Source of the DNA: Myxococcales bacterium | GTDB taxonomy: Bacteria; Myxococcota_A; Polyangia; Palsa-1104 | Direction of reading: 5' to 3' | DNA length: 64,000 nt | NCBI GenBank assembly: GCA_028287105.1 | Contig: JAQBQH010000073.1 | Span: 1,963-65,962, forward strand | Part shown: positions 47,710-59,199 of the stretch, one piece after another | Layout: each line of letters starts with the position of its first letter | Position numbering within the stretch: the stretch's first letter is position 1 | Notes under the pieces: model-generated | Told to the model about the DNA's origin: nothing | Seen by the model: only the letters and a program-made list of their open reading frames with translations | Database searches by the model: none | Translations under genes and position numbers: made by a program

Positions 47710-49887
47710 GTGGACGCGCGGCTGAGCGAGCTGTGCGAGGGTTTGCCGATGGGCGTCTTCGTCGTCGACGACGAAGGTGGGCTCGCGTACGGCAACGCTT
47801 CCTGGCGTCGGATGGTCGGCGAGCGCTCGCTCGTCGAGTGGCTCGCCGCGCTTCCGCCCGACAGCAGCGCCGAAGCGACCGCCTGCTGGCAAGCGTGTCG
47901 TCGGGACGGCACCCCGTTCGCGCTGATGATCTCCTTGCCCGGCCCCGCGCCGGTGTGGCTGCGCTGGCGTGGGCTGCGCCTCGCCGACGGACGCATCGGG
48001 GGAACACTCGATGACGTCACCGCGCTACAGCGGTCGGGCGAAGAGGCCGAAGCCGCCAGCCGCGCCAAGAGCGAATTCCTCGCCAACATGAGCCACGAGA
48101 TCCGCACACCGATGAACGCCATCATCGGCATGTCGGATCTCTTGTGGGAGACCGCGCTCGATAGCATGCAGAGGCGGTACGTCGGCATCCTGCGCGACGC
48201 GGGCGAGCACCTCCTCGGGCTCCTCAACGACATCCTCGACCTGTCGAAGATCGAGGCGGGCGAGCTGCGCCTCGAGCGCCACGACCTCAGCGTGCGCGAG
48301 CAGATCGAGAAGGCGACCGAGCTCATCGCCGGTCGCGCGCGCACCAAGGGCATCGAGTTCGCCGCCGACATCGCCGCCGACGTGCCGCCGCGCGTAGTCG
48401 GCGACTCGTTGCGCCTGCGTCAGGTGCTCATGAACCTGTTGTCGAACGCGGTCAAGTTCACCGACAAGGGCGAGATCGCGCTGCGCGTCGCGCGCGGCGC
48501 CGGCCCCGACGTGCTGCGCTTCACCGTGCACGACAGCGGCATCGGCATCGCCGGCGAAAAACAGAAGCGCCTCTTCCACCCGTTCATGCAGCTCGCCGAT
48601 CCGTCGGGACAGCGCGCGCCCGGCACTGGTCTCGGCCTCAGCATCTCGCGCCGCCTCGTCGAGATGATGGGCGGGCGCATCTGGTTCGAGAGCGTCGAGG
48701 GGAGCGGCTCCACTTTCGTGTTCGAGCTGCCGCTGCCCGCACCCGAGGCCGGACAGACGCGACCGAGCGGCATCTCGGTGAACCTGCGCGGCATGCGCGC
48801 GCTCGTGGCGGATGCCAACCCCACCGGTCGGTTGATCCTGCGCGAGATGTTGGGAGGATGGGGCGCCGCCGTCGAGGAGATGAGCGATCCGGACGCGTTG
48901 CGCTCGCGGCTGCCGGCGCCCTTCGACATCCTGGTGCTGGCGCGCAACCTCAACGAGGGCGGCGCGGAGCTGGTGCGCCACGTGCGCGAGCGCTTCGAGC
49001 CGTCGCAGCTGATCATCATCCTCGTCGTGTCCGACGTCGCCCGCGACGACGACGCGGCCCGCAAGGAGCTCGGCATCTCCGCGCTCGTCATGAAGCCGGT
49101 CAAGCGGCGCGACCTCATGGAAGCGCTCTCCAGCGCGCTCTCGGGCGAGTATCGCGCCGACCGCGTGCGCGGGGCCGCGCCCGAGCCCGCGCCGCCACGT
49201 CGGCTGCGCATCCTGCTCGCCGACGACAGCGAGGACAACCGACTCCTGGTGCGCGCCTTCTTGGCGGACAGCGGCCACAACCTCGACGTCGCCGTCGATG
49301 GCCAGCAGGCGGTCGAGCTGGCCGGCAACATCAACTACGATCTCATTCTCATGGACCTCGAGATGCCGGTCATGAGCGGCTTCACGGCCACGCGCGAGAT
49401 CCGCCGTCGCGAGCGCGAGCACAGCCTCTTGCCGACGCCGATCCTGGCGCTGACGGCGCACACGCTGCCCGAGCAGATCGAGCGCAGCCTGGAAGCGGGC
49501 GTCAACGGCCACCTGCACAAGCCGCTGCGCAAGGCGGAGCTGGTCGCAGCCGTCAATGGCGCCGTCGCCGCGCCGGCTGCCTCCGGTCCGCGCCTCCACG
49601 TCGCGGTCACTCCGACGGTGGCGCCGCTGGTTCCGACGTTCCTGGCCAACCGCCGAAAGGACGTCGCCAACGCGCGCGCGGCACTCGAGCGCCGCGACTA
49701 CCACTCGTTGTGGGTGCTGGCCCATACGATGAAGGGCCTCGGCGCCAGCTACGGCTTCGACGGCATCAGCGACATCGGCGTCGAGATGGAGCGCGCCGCG
49801 CTCTCACGCGAACAGGCGGCCCTTTCACGCGCCGTCGATGCGCTCGAGCGCTATCTCGGCCAGGTCGACTTCTCGGTCGCTTCCTAG
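47710..49887 (+). CDS. Hybrid histidine kinase with two receiver domains and Hpt
   Basis: ANMSHEIRTPMNA, NLLSNAVKFT, GTGLGL, ILMDLEMP, AHTMKG. Confidence 0.93.
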   Translation: MDARLSELCEGLPMGVFVVDDEGGLAYGNASWRRMVGERSLVEWLAALPPDSSAEATACWQACRRDGTPFALMISLPGPAPVWLRWRGLRLADGRIGGTLDDVTALQRSGEEAEAASRAKSEFLANMSHEIRTPMNAIIGMSDLLWETALDSMQRRYVGILRDAGEHLLGLLNDILDLSKIEAGELRLERHDLSVREQIEKATELIAGRARTKGIEFAADIAADVPPRVVGDSLRLRQVLMNLLSNAVKFTDKGEIALRVARGAGPDVLRFTVHDSGIGIAGEKQKRLFHPFMQLADPSGQRAPGTGLGLSISRRLVEMMGGRIWFESVEGSGSTFVFELPLPAPEAGQTRPSGISVNLRGMRALVADANPTGRLILREMLGGWGAAVEEMSDPDALRSRLPAPFDILVLARNLNEGGAELVRHVRERFEPSQLIIILVVSDVARDDDAARKELGISALVMKPVKRRDLMEALSSALSGEYRADRVRGAAPEPAPPRRLRILLADDSEDNRLLVRAFLADSGHNLDVAVDGQQAVELAGNINYDLILMDLEMPVMSGFTATREIRRREREHSLLPTPILALTAHTLPEQIERSLEAGVNGHLHKPLRKAELVAAVNGAVAAPAASGPRLHVAVTPTVAPLVPTFLANRRKDVANARAALERRDYHSLWVLAHTMKGLGASYGFDGISDIGVEMERAALSREQAALSRAVDALERYLGQVDFSVAS

Positions 49888-49958
49888 CAAAAGGTGGCAG
49901 CGGCGCGGGCCTCCGACTGGGGGGGGATCCGATCGGAAGCCACACGCCGCCGCCATAA

Positions 49959-50345
49959 TCAGTCTTGGTTCCTGGTTCGCGCGTCGTCCCTCATCGCCGC
50001 GAGCAGCTGCGCCGGCTCGAGCGGACCCTGCAGCACCGCATGCGCCGCGTCCTCGGTGATCGGTGCGGCCGCCATCGCCGCGCGTCCGCGTCGCGCATGC
50101 TTGAAGAGGATCCGGCGCACGTGCGGATGCTCGCGCGCCACCATCGCCAACAGCGCGTCGCCGCGATACGGAGGCATCTCGAAGGCCGCGACGATCACGT
50201 CCGGAACGCGCTTGGACACCTCGTGAACCGCTTCGCGCAGACCGACCGCGATGCGTACCAGGTGTCTCTGCCTGAGCACCCGCGCCACCGCGCAAGCGTC
50301 CCCCACGTCATCATCCACCACCAACACGTCGAGCGATTTGAGCAC
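49959..50345 (-). CDS. Atypical (pseudo-)receiver domain protein
   Basis: LVVDDD present, but the phospho-acceptor position reads DVIVAAFEMP and the conserved KP reads QGP. Confidence 0.7.
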   Translation of the reverse strand: MLKSLDVLVVDDDVGDACAVARVLRQRHLVRIAVGLREAVHEVSKRVPDVIVAAFEMPPYRGDALLAMVAREHPHVRRILFKHARRGRAAMAAAPITEDAAHAVLQGPLEPAQLLAAMRDDARTRNQD

Positions 50346-50473
50346 TTCGGATCCCCTGCCGGGCCCATGTGCAGCGTGCGTGCCGATGTGACGCACGCTC
50401 TCACTGCGCTTACGCGAGGACGACGCGGGGCGAAACGCCCGCGTGTGGCAAAAAGGGGCGCCCTGGGCGCGGG

Positions 50474-51838
<1,365 letters not shown>

Positions 51839-51846
51839 GCGCGCCC

Positions 51847-52395
51847 CTAGGCGGACATGGCCGCGCGAACGCGTGGGCGTGTAAAGAAGGCGATGAGCAG
51901 GATGGGGTAGGGCGAGTAGAAGAAGACCATCATGCCGGCGTAGACCGCGCCGAACAGCGTGCCGACCTGCTTGGCGCCCGCCGCCGCCTCGGGGTTCGTC
52001 TGCGCCAGCGCGCTGAAGAAGGTGCCGCTGCTGAACATCCGCGACATGAGGATCGCCATGACCACCACGCAGCCGAGCGCGACGACACTCCAGCGCACCG
52101 TCCACACGGCGGCCCAAGCGCGGTAGCGCAGCTGGCCGATGCCGAGCGCCAACAGCGTCGACGACATGACGAGCAGGATGGCGCTCATGGCGCCCATCAC
52201 GAGGTACATGTGCGAGAGCATCTCGAGCGCTTGGCGGTCCGCCGCGCGGCCCGGCGGCGCGTGTCGCAGCATGAGTGGCACGAGCAGCCCCAGCACGCCG
52301 AACAGGCTGCCGAAGAGCACGATGCTCGCGAAGATGATCGAGAGGATTCCCAGCGTACGCGGAGCCCGCGTCACACCCACCACCGGCTGCACCAT
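51847..52395 (-). CDS. Hypothetical 4-TM membrane protein
   Basis: Four hydrophobic helices; ends FFTRPRVRAAM. Confidence 0.8.
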   Translation of the reverse strand: MVQPVVGVTRAPRTLGILSIIFASIVLFGSLFGVLGLLVPLMLRHAPPGRAADRQALEMLSHMYLVMGAMSAILLVMSSTLLALGIGQLRYRAWAAVWTVRWSVVALGCVVVMAILMSRMFSSGTFFSALAQTNPEAAAGAKQVGTLFGAVYAGMMVFFYSPYPILLIAFFTRPRVRAAMSA

Positions 52396-52440
52396 AGAGC
52401 GAATACTACTCCGTTGCGGGGCGGCGTAAAGCCGTGCCGA

Positions 52441-53505
52441 TCAGCCGATCGGGGGGCAGCCGTAGATGGCGGTGACCATCGTGATGACGCCCTTCTGCAG
52501 CGCGTCGCAGGCCATGCCGTAGAAGTTGATCGACAGGTTGTTCGGACCGTAGTCCCACCCGTTCATGTGGGTCTTGTCGCGCGGAATGATCATGCCGTTG
52601 CCGTCGATCTCGACGAGGTCGGGATTGGCGGGCGCCTTCTGCAGGGCGTACGAGCAGGAGACGAGCTGGCCGGTGACCTTGTTGAGCACGTTGACGAGGT
52701 CGGTGCTCGTCGACGCTTCGTAATACGGCTTCTGTCCGGCCGTCATGTTCGGGACGCCGCCGGCGTTGGCCATCGCGGTCAGCGTCGCGTCGGCGCCGGT
52801 ATTGGCGATGCCGACGACGAAGACCTTGATGCCGTTCGACACCGCGTTGGTGATGGCGGCGACGGTGGTGTTCTGGTCGTCGTTGCAGGTCGGCTCGCCG
52901 TCGGTGGCGACGAGGAGGTAGTGGGTGTGACCGTTGGCCAGGCCCTTCAAGTACGTGACGGCGGACTTGATGGCCTCGCCGGTCGGCGTGCCGCCGCCGG
53001 GCATGGCGTTGGTGAGCGCCGTCGAGATGGCGCCGGCGCTGGTCGCCGAAATGGCGACGTCAGGCATGGTCGGGACGGAGCAGGTGTTGAACCCGCCGCC
53101 GTTCGCGTCGGGGAACATGAGCAGGCCCCACTCGACCGTGGAGACCGCGCTGACGACCTGCTTGAGGGCGGTCGTCATCGACGTCCACTTCGACGGCGTC
53201 GTGTTGCCGCCGCTGGCGTCCATCGACATCGAGCCGGAGCGATCCTGGATGAGGAGGAGGTCGGGCGTGCCGCCCTTGGTGAGCATGAAGTCCTGAACGC
53301 CGCAGTTGTTGCCGGTGCCGCCGCCGCCGCCGCCTGAGCCGCCGCCACCGGAGCCGCCCGTGCCGCCGTTGCCGCCGGTTCCCGAGCCACCGCCGCCGCC
53401 GGTTCCGCCGGAGCCGCCCGTGCCGCCGTGGTTGATGTTGGGACTTCCGCAGCCGGCGACGACGGCCGTTGCGAGCGCGAACATAATCGAGGCGAAAGAC
53501 TTCAT
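52441..53505 (-). CDS. von Willebrand factor A domain lipoprotein (CglB-like)
   Basis: Lipobox VAGC, Gly linker, MIDAS DRSGSM, GGTPT, ATDGEPTC, VFVVGI. Confidence 0.85.
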   Translation of the reverse strand: MKSFASIMFALATAVVAGCGSPNINHGGTGGSGGTGGGGGSGTGGNGGTGGSGGGGSGGGGGGTGNNCGVQDFMLTKGGTPDLLLIQDRSGSMSMDASGGNTTPSKWTSMTTALKQVVSAVSTVEWGLLMFPDANGGGFNTCSVPTMPDVAISATSAGAISTALTNAMPGGGTPTGEAIKSAVTYLKGLANGHTHYLLVATDGEPTCNDDQNTTVAAITNAVSNGIKVFVVGIANTGADATLTAMANAGGVPNMTAGQKPYYEASTSTDLVNVLNKVTGQLVSCSYALQKAPANPDLVEIDGNGMIIPRDKTHMNGWDYGPNNLSINFYGMACDALQKGVITMVTAIYGCPPIG

Positions 53506-53752
53506 GGGAACCTCCGCAGCGTGCACCTAGCAATCCGAGGACCGTGCGATTGGTCGGACCATGAGCCCACGTACGCGTGTGTAGGTGCGAGGCAAATGCG
53601 CGCGAAGGTTCCAGGACTTTCCGCTGCACACGGCGGTGATCAGCGGCGGGGAGAACATGTTCCAGGGCGGAGTGCCGCAGCGACCGTGGGAAAATGGGTC
53701 GCAACTCGCACTGCGCAGATCGGTGCTACTGTTTCCGCCTCTGGAGGTTCGC

Positions 53753-55237
53753 ATGGGCGCGCTCGCCACCGTCGACGCCGACAAACGCGACGTCATCGTC
53801 TCTCGCAATCCGCTCACCGGCGCCGTTCTCGGCGAGCTTCGCGAGTCGACCGCCGTCGAAATTCGCGACGCCGTCTCGCGCGCACGCGGCGCCCAGGGAG
53901 CGTGGGGCAAGCTGAGCGTCAAGGAGCGTTGCAGCCGGGTCGCGCGCTTCCGCGATGCCGTGGTCGCGCGTGCCGAGGAGCTCTGCGACCTCATCTCCGC
54001 CGAGACCGGCAAGACGCCCGCCGAGGCGCTCTCGATGGAGGTGATGGTCATCGCCGATCTGGCGACCTACTTCATCAAGCGCGCGCCCAAGATCCTGGCG
54101 CCCGAATCGATCTCGCTGCACCTCCTGAAAAATCGCGGCAGCTATCTGCATTTTCAACCGCGCGGTGTCGTCGGCATCATCTCGCCGTGGAACTTCCCGT
54201 TCGGCATCGCCACCGGGGAAGTGATCATGGCGCTCCTCGCCGGCAACGGCGTGGTGCTCAAGCCCTCGGAGGTCACGCCGCTCATCGCGCTCAAGACCAA
54301 GGAGCTCTACGACGCCTCGGGCATGCCGACCGAGCTCTTCCAGGTCGTGCCCGGTCGCGGTCCCGCCGGCGCGGCGCTCATCGACAGCGGCATCGACTAC
54401 TGCATCTTCACCGGCTCGACGGCGACGGGAAAAAAGGTCGGCGCCGCCTGCGGCGAGCGGCTCATTCCGGTGGCGCTGGAGCTCGGCGGCAAGGCGCCCG
54501 CGATCGTCTGCGCCGACGCCGATCTCGATCGCACCGCCAAGGCGCTCGTCTGGGGCGCGTTCGCCAACCAGGGACAGGTCTGCGTCTCGGTCGAGCGCGT
54601 CTACGCGCATCAGGCGGTGCACGACGAGCTGGTGCAGAAGATCTGCGCCGAGGTCGACAAGCTCCGGCCCAACGACGACACCGGCTCGATGACCTGGGAG
54701 CGCCAGACCGAGATCGTCGAGGAGCGCATCGCGTCGGCGGTCGCCGCCGGCGCCAAGGTGCGCACCGGCGGCAAGCGGCGCGGCACCGGGCTGGCGTTCG
54801 CGCCGACGGTGCTGACCGAGTGCCGTCAGGACATGGACGTCATGCGCAAGGAGATCTTCGGACCGGTCATGCCGATCATGAAGGTGCGCGACGAGGAAGA
54901 GGCCATGACGCTGGCCAACGACTCGCAGCTCGGGCTCATGGGTTACGTCTTCACGGCGGACCGGCAGAAGGGTAAGCGACTGGCCGAGAAGCTCGAGACC
55001 GGCACCGCCATGGTCAACGATTGTCTGTTGACGTTCGGCGCGCCCGAGACGCCCTGGGGCGGCGTCAAGCAGTCGGGCGTCGGCGTGACGCACTCGGCGC
55101 ACGGCCTCCGCGACCTGTGCCAGTCGCGGCACGTCAATTACGATCGCATCGCCTTGAAAAAGGAATTGTGGTGGTATCCGTACTCGGACAAGGTCTACAA
55201 GCAGACGCTCAAAATGATGCGGTGGATATTCCGATGA
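53753..55237 (+). CDS. Aldehyde dehydrogenase
   Basis: ISPWNFP, LKPSE, FTGS, ELGGK, NQGQVC, EIFGP, PWGGVKQSG. Confidence 0.95.
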   Translation: MGALATVDADKRDVIVSRNPLTGAVLGELRESTAVEIRDAVSRARGAQGAWGKLSVKERCSRVARFRDAVVARAEELCDLISAETGKTPAEALSMEVMVIADLATYFIKRAPKILAPESISLHLLKNRGSYLHFQPRGVVGIISPWNFPFGIATGEVIMALLAGNGVVLKPSEVTPLIALKTKELYDASGMPTELFQVVPGRGPAGAALIDSGIDYCIFTGSTATGKKVGAACGERLIPVALELGGKAPAIVCADADLDRTAKALVWGAFANQGQVCVSVERVYAHQAVHDELVQKICAEVDKLRPNDDTGSMTWERQTEIVEERIASAVAAGAKVRTGGKRRGTGLAFAPTVLTECRQDMDVMRKEIFGPVMPIMKVRDEEEAMTLANDSQLGLMGYVFTADRQKGKRLAEKLETGTAMVNDCLLTFGAPETPWGGVKQSGVGVTHSAHGLRDLCQSRHVNYDRIALKKELWWYPYSDKVYKQTLKMMRWIFR

Positions 55238-55596
55238 GCCCGAAGATTGTCGAAAAGCCCTGGGGTAACGAGCTGATTTGGGCGGTGACCGACCGCTACG
55301 TCGGTAAGATCCTGCATATCAAGAAGGGGCACTCGCTGTCGCTCCAGTACCATAACCAGAAAGACGAAACGGTTATGGTTCTGACCGGCAAAATGGAGTT
55401 TGTTCATTATCGCGAAGGCGAGGAGCCGAGCTCCACGGTCCTCTTGCCGCGCCAGCCCTTCCACGTCACGCCGCTCTTGCGCCATCGCATGATCGCGCTC
55501 GAGGACACCGACGTCGTCGAGGTATCGACGACGGAGCTCGATGACGTGGTCCGCCTGGAGGACAAGTACGGCCGCGAGGGAACCTCGAAGGCGTAG
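55234..55596 (+). CDS. Cupin (mannose-6-phosphate isomerase-like) protein
   Basis: VEKPWG, LSLQYHNQKDET, RHRM, EVST, DDVVRLEDKYGR; ATGA overlap. Confidence 0.88.
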   Translation: MSPKIVEKPWGNELIWAVTDRYVGKILHIKKGHSLSLQYHNQKDETVMVLTGKMEFVHYREGEEPSSTVLLPRQPFHVTPLLRHRMIALEDTDVVEVSTTELDDVVRLEDKYGREGTSKA

Positions 55597-55615
55597 CGCG
55601 CGGTCGCGGCGACTA

Positions 55616-56120
55616 GGGCTGTCCCTAATCTGTTCGCGGTCTGCCGGCGGTATGTGGTTGTGCCACCGACGGCGGCACGCAGTGGGGCCGCTCCCGCCGT
55701 CGGAATCCGTCGCAGTCGCCGCTTCGCGGCGTGCTCCTCCATCGTTCGGCCTTACGTCGCGCTGCGCGCGACGAGCCTCACTCTACGCCGTCGGGATCGG
55801 CCCCACTGCGTCCCGCCTCTTTGCCGAGGTCAGGCGCCTCGTCGCGGCGAGCACATCAGCTGAGCCACAGCCAGGTGCAGGCGACTTCCACCATGCCCAG
55901 ATCGTTGACTGCCGTTTTGTCATAGCGGCTGGCGACGGCGCGGAAGCGCCAGTCTTCGCGCGGTATAGCACCGCATCGACGAATTCGCGGTCGCCGATCT
56001 TGGATCGCGGACCGAACTTCGGCTTCGGAAGGAACAAACTCTCTCTGCCGCTCGAACGCGCAAACGATCGAAATGATCGCGCTTTCAGAAACGCCCGATT
56101 AGGGACAGCCCGACAGCCCC
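55616..56120 (-). mobile_element. Internally deleted IS5-family element (~500 bp, non-autonomous)
   Basis: 15-bp TIRs GGGCTGTCCCTAATC (55616-55630) / GATTAGGGACAGCCC (56097-56111); TA precedes the left TIR and follows the duplicated right end. Transposase N-terminus LPKPKFGPRSKIGDREFVDAVLYRAKTG is joined near 55946 to the C-terminus FRAVASRYDKTAVNDLGMVEVACTWLWLS*. Confidence 0.85.
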
Positions 56121-56140
56121 TAAGGCGGTGCGTATCGGCG

Positions 56141-57700
56141 CTACGGCAGCGGACTCGTGCTCGTGCCGTTCGTCGGCGACCAGCCGCCGGCGCTGTACTG
56201 CCACCACAGCTTGCTCGCATTCTCCTGCCAGATCGCGCCGCCGACGTAGGCGAGCGCGATGACGCCGGCGCTGTAGCCCGCGGGCTCGCCGTTGATCGTC
56301 ACGACGCCGCCGCTCGTGACCGCCCAGCCGTTACCGGCGCCATCGCACAGCGTGCTGCCGCCGGGGGTCACGACCGTGGCGCTCGGCGACGCGCTGCAGT
56401 CGGCGCCGGGGAGGGGACGCGTGCTCGTGCCGGCGGTCGGGGTCCAGCTGCCGCCGGACCAGCGCCACCACATGCGGTCCGCATTCTGTTGCCAGAGGGC
56501 GCCGTCGACGGACGCGATCTCGATGACGTTGGCGCTGTAGCCGGCGGCGGCGCCGTTGAGCGTGACGGTGCCGCCGCTGGTGAGCGCCCAGGCGTTGCCG
56601 CTGCCGTCGCACAAGGTCGGCCCGGTCGTGGTCACGACGCTGTGGTTCGGCGATGCGGCGCAGCCGGGAGATGGCTGGACCGGCCCCGAGCCAGCGGCGA
56701 TGAACGCAGCCACCGTCGTTCCGTACGGCGACGTCACGTTGCCGTTGCCGTCGGTGAGGTTGTCTTGCTGCGCGTACGACCAGAAGTGCCACGCGGTCGA
56801 GCCGAAGCCGCTCTGCTCGACACCGTAGACCACCTGCATGCCGTTGGCGTCCAGATCGCTTCCGTTGGTCGAGTTGCCGTATTCGCCGATGAGGATCGGC
56901 ACCGTGCCGTCGGCGCTCGTAATCTGCTGCGTGCTGGCCGCGTGCGCGGCGATGTCATGGTTGACGGTATTCTGGTCGACCGCGAAATTGGTCAACCAGC
57001 CGTAGTAATGCATGTCCCAAACCATATTCACCATTCCCGAATATAACGAGCGCGTATATCCGGCGCCGCAGCTATTCGGGTCGGACCCGCAATTCATTTC
57101 GACCATGACGATATTCTGATTTCCGGTATTTCGAATCGCGTCGTAGGTCTGCTTCTGCCAGGTCGACAGCGCCGCCGCCGACGGATTTTCGGACGGCTCG
57201 TTGTCGGTGCCGAACCAGACATACGGATTGTTCGCGTATGCGCGCGCGATCGCCGAATACCAGTTCAGCTCGTCGGTGAGCAGCTGGCCCGTGTATACCG
57301 TACCGGCGCCGCCGCCCGCATTGCCGCCATTGTTCGTATGGTCCTCGAGCTCCACGACGATGCCGCGCGAGGTCAGCGCGTCGACGAAGCCCTGGTACGC
57401 CGACGGGTCCTGATACGAGAAGCACGCCAGGCGCACCATATTGAGCTTCGGAAACAGCGTCAGAAGCGGCGTGCAGTCGGCGCCGGAGCACACCGACGAC
57501 ATCTGCCCATCGTACAGGTTGAGGCCGCGCGCCTGAAACGAGTTGCCGTCGGGGCCGATGATCTGGCCATTGCGCACGGAGAAGCTGCCACCGATCTGCG
57601 TCGGCGCGACGGTGATGGGCTTGTTGTTCTCGACGCGGCCGCCGCAGCCGCACAAGGCCGCGGCCATGGTGGTCGCCAAGATTAGATGGTCGAGCTTCAC
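56141..57700 (-). CDS. GH5 glycoside hydrolase lipoprotein with two C-terminal Trp-rich repeats
   Basis: GGAGGA RBS, lipobox LCGC, TDNEP, DMHYY, IGEYG; two ~85-aa repeats (SP..VVT...DG.GN.WA.TSGG.VT.NG...WQ.NA...WW). Confidence 0.85.
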   Translation of the reverse strand: MKLDHLILATTMAAALCGCGGRVENNKPITVAPTQIGGSFSVRNGQIIGPDGNSFQARGLNLYDGQMSSVCSGADCTPLLTLFPKLNMVRLACFSYQDPSAYQGFVDALTSRGIVVELEDHTNNGGNAGGGAGTVYTGQLLTDELNWYSAIARAYANNPYVWFGTDNEPSENPSAAALSTWQKQTYDAIRNTGNQNIVMVEMNCGSDPNSCGAGYTRSLYSGMVNMVWDMHYYGWLTNFAVDQNTVNHDIAAHAASTQQITSADGTVPILIGEYGNSTNGSDLDANGMQVVYGVEQSGFGSTAWHFWSYAQQDNLTDGNGNVTSPYGTTVAAFIAAGSGPVQPSPGCAASPNHSVVTTTGPTLCDGSGNAWALTSGGTVTLNGAAAGYSANVIEIASVDGALWQQNADRMWWRWSGGSWTPTAGTSTRPLPGADCSASPSATVVTPGGSTLCDGAGNGWAVTSGGVVTINGEPAGYSAGVIALAYVGGAIWQENASKLWWQYSAGGWSPTNGTSTSPLP

Positions 57701-57849
57701 GGGTCCTCCACGGATCAGCATGCGGGGGGCATGTTGCAACCGGAGGACCAGCGCGCCGCCCGCGAGGTCCGCGGAGGGCGCGGCCGCTGGACGGCGGCAG
57801 CGTGTTCTCGAGAACACAGATTGGGGACTGGCCGCCCCGCGGCGTTACA

Positions 57850-58257
57850 TCAGTTTGACGTACGGCATCCGTCGCCATCACAGCGGCAGACATGGTTGAC
57901 GCAAGACGCCGTGATAGACGGAGGCGCGCAGGGCCGGCAATCCTGACTGGCGGTTGGACACTCGAGCGCCCACTCCGCGCTCAACCCGTCCAGTTGGAGC
58001 TTCGCCGAACCGCGCACAGCGACGCCGCACGCACCTGCGAGCCCGCACCCGGTGTGGGGATACACGATGCAGTCCGCGTTGACCTCGCATCCCGCCCACG
58101 TCGCGGTCAATTGCGAGATCTGCACGGCGATGGTCGTGCACGCAGGATTGTCGGATCTTCCGCTCGCGCAAGCCATCAGTCCGCACAAGAGGATGCTGGC
58201 GAGCCCCGCGATCCCAAGGTGACTCCAGCGTGCCCAGCGTCGTTGGCCGTTGCTCAT
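57850..58257 (-). CDS. Small Cys-rich lipoprotein
   Basis: GAGGT RBS, lipobox LMAC, CEVNADC, CRPC, CVNHVCRC. Confidence 0.7.
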   Translation of the reverse strand: MSNGQRRWARWSHLGIAGLASILLCGLMACASGRSDNPACTTIAVQISQLTATWAGCEVNADCIVYPHTGCGLAGACGVAVRGSAKLQLDGLSAEWALECPTASQDCRPCAPPSITASCVNHVCRCDGDGCRTSN

Positions 58258-58485
58258 CGAGCACCTCGTAGAGCTCCTCTGTCGCATCGGCCCGCGACCA
58301 GAACATAAGGCGTGGCAGGCGCCGTCACTAGTCCGCAGCGATTGGGGACCGATGCGCTAACGACCAGCCGGCGCGCACTTCCGGGCGCGCCACCCGGTGA
58401 TCGACTTCGCGTTTCAAACTAATATGGAGCGATGCTCGCCGATTGCGCTTGCCCGAACCGTGCGTTCTCGACGTTACTTCGGGTG

Positions 58486-59199
58486 ATGAACGCCGCTCGC
58501 TTCGGACGTGTTGCAACCTGCCTGCTGCTCGCCGCCGCGATCGTCGGAGGCGCCACCAACGCCCGCGCCGACGACGGCGACTGGGAGCAGGTGAGCAACA
58601 AGGATGGCATCCTCGTGCAGCGACGCACGGTCAGCGGCTTCAAGCTCAAGGAGTTCCGCGGGCGCGGCATTGTCCAGGCGCCCATCGGCCGCGTGCTCGC
58701 CGTTCTCCTCGACGCCAGCCGCCGCGCTGAGTGGATGCCGAGCTGCGCCGACGAGCATCTCGTCGAGCAGGACCTGGCCGCGCGCACGCAGATCTCCTAC
58801 CACCGCACGAAGGCGCCCTGGCCCGTGTCCGACCGCGACTCGGTCAACCGCGCCTCGATGATCGTCGAGGCCGACAAGCACCGTGTGGTGCTCCCGTTCG
58901 AGGCGATCCCGTTCTCCAAGATCCCGCCGGTCAAGGGCGTCGTCCGCATGCCCTTCATGCGCGGCCATTGGATCCTCATCCCCGTCGACGGTGGGCGCGC
59001 CACCGATACCGACTATCAAGTGTTTGCCGATCCGGGCGGCAGCCTTCCCGACTGGCTGGCGAACCTCGCGTCGAAGACCCTGCCGCGCGAGACCATCGCC
59101 GGGCTGCGCAAACAAGCGAGCAAGGTCGAGTACACCGCCTTCGAGGCCCAGATCGCCGCCGCGCCCGAAACCAAAGCGCTCCTCGAAACCGCGCGCTAG
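58486..59199 (+). CDS. Secreted START-domain (lipid-binding) protein
   Basis: WEQVSNKDGILV, EWMPSC, APWPVSDRD, DPGGSLPDWLAN. Confidence 0.9.
   Translation: MNAARFGRVATCLLLAAAIVGGATNARADDGDWEQVSNKDGILVQRRTVSGFKLKEFRGRGIVQAPIGRVLAVLLDASRRAEWMPSCADEHLVEQDLAARTQISYHRTKAPWPVSDRDSVNRASMIVEADKHRVVLPFEAIPFSKIPPVKGVVRMPFMRGHWILIPVDGGRATDTDYQVFADPGGSLPDWLANLASKTLPRETIAGLRKQASKVEYTAFEAQIAAAPETKALLETAR

Noticed and set aside
56068..56078. TCGAAATGATC inside the IS5 remnant matching the att palindrome arm
   Set aside because: Isolated 11-bp match without the partner arm or tRNA fragment; likely coincidence.
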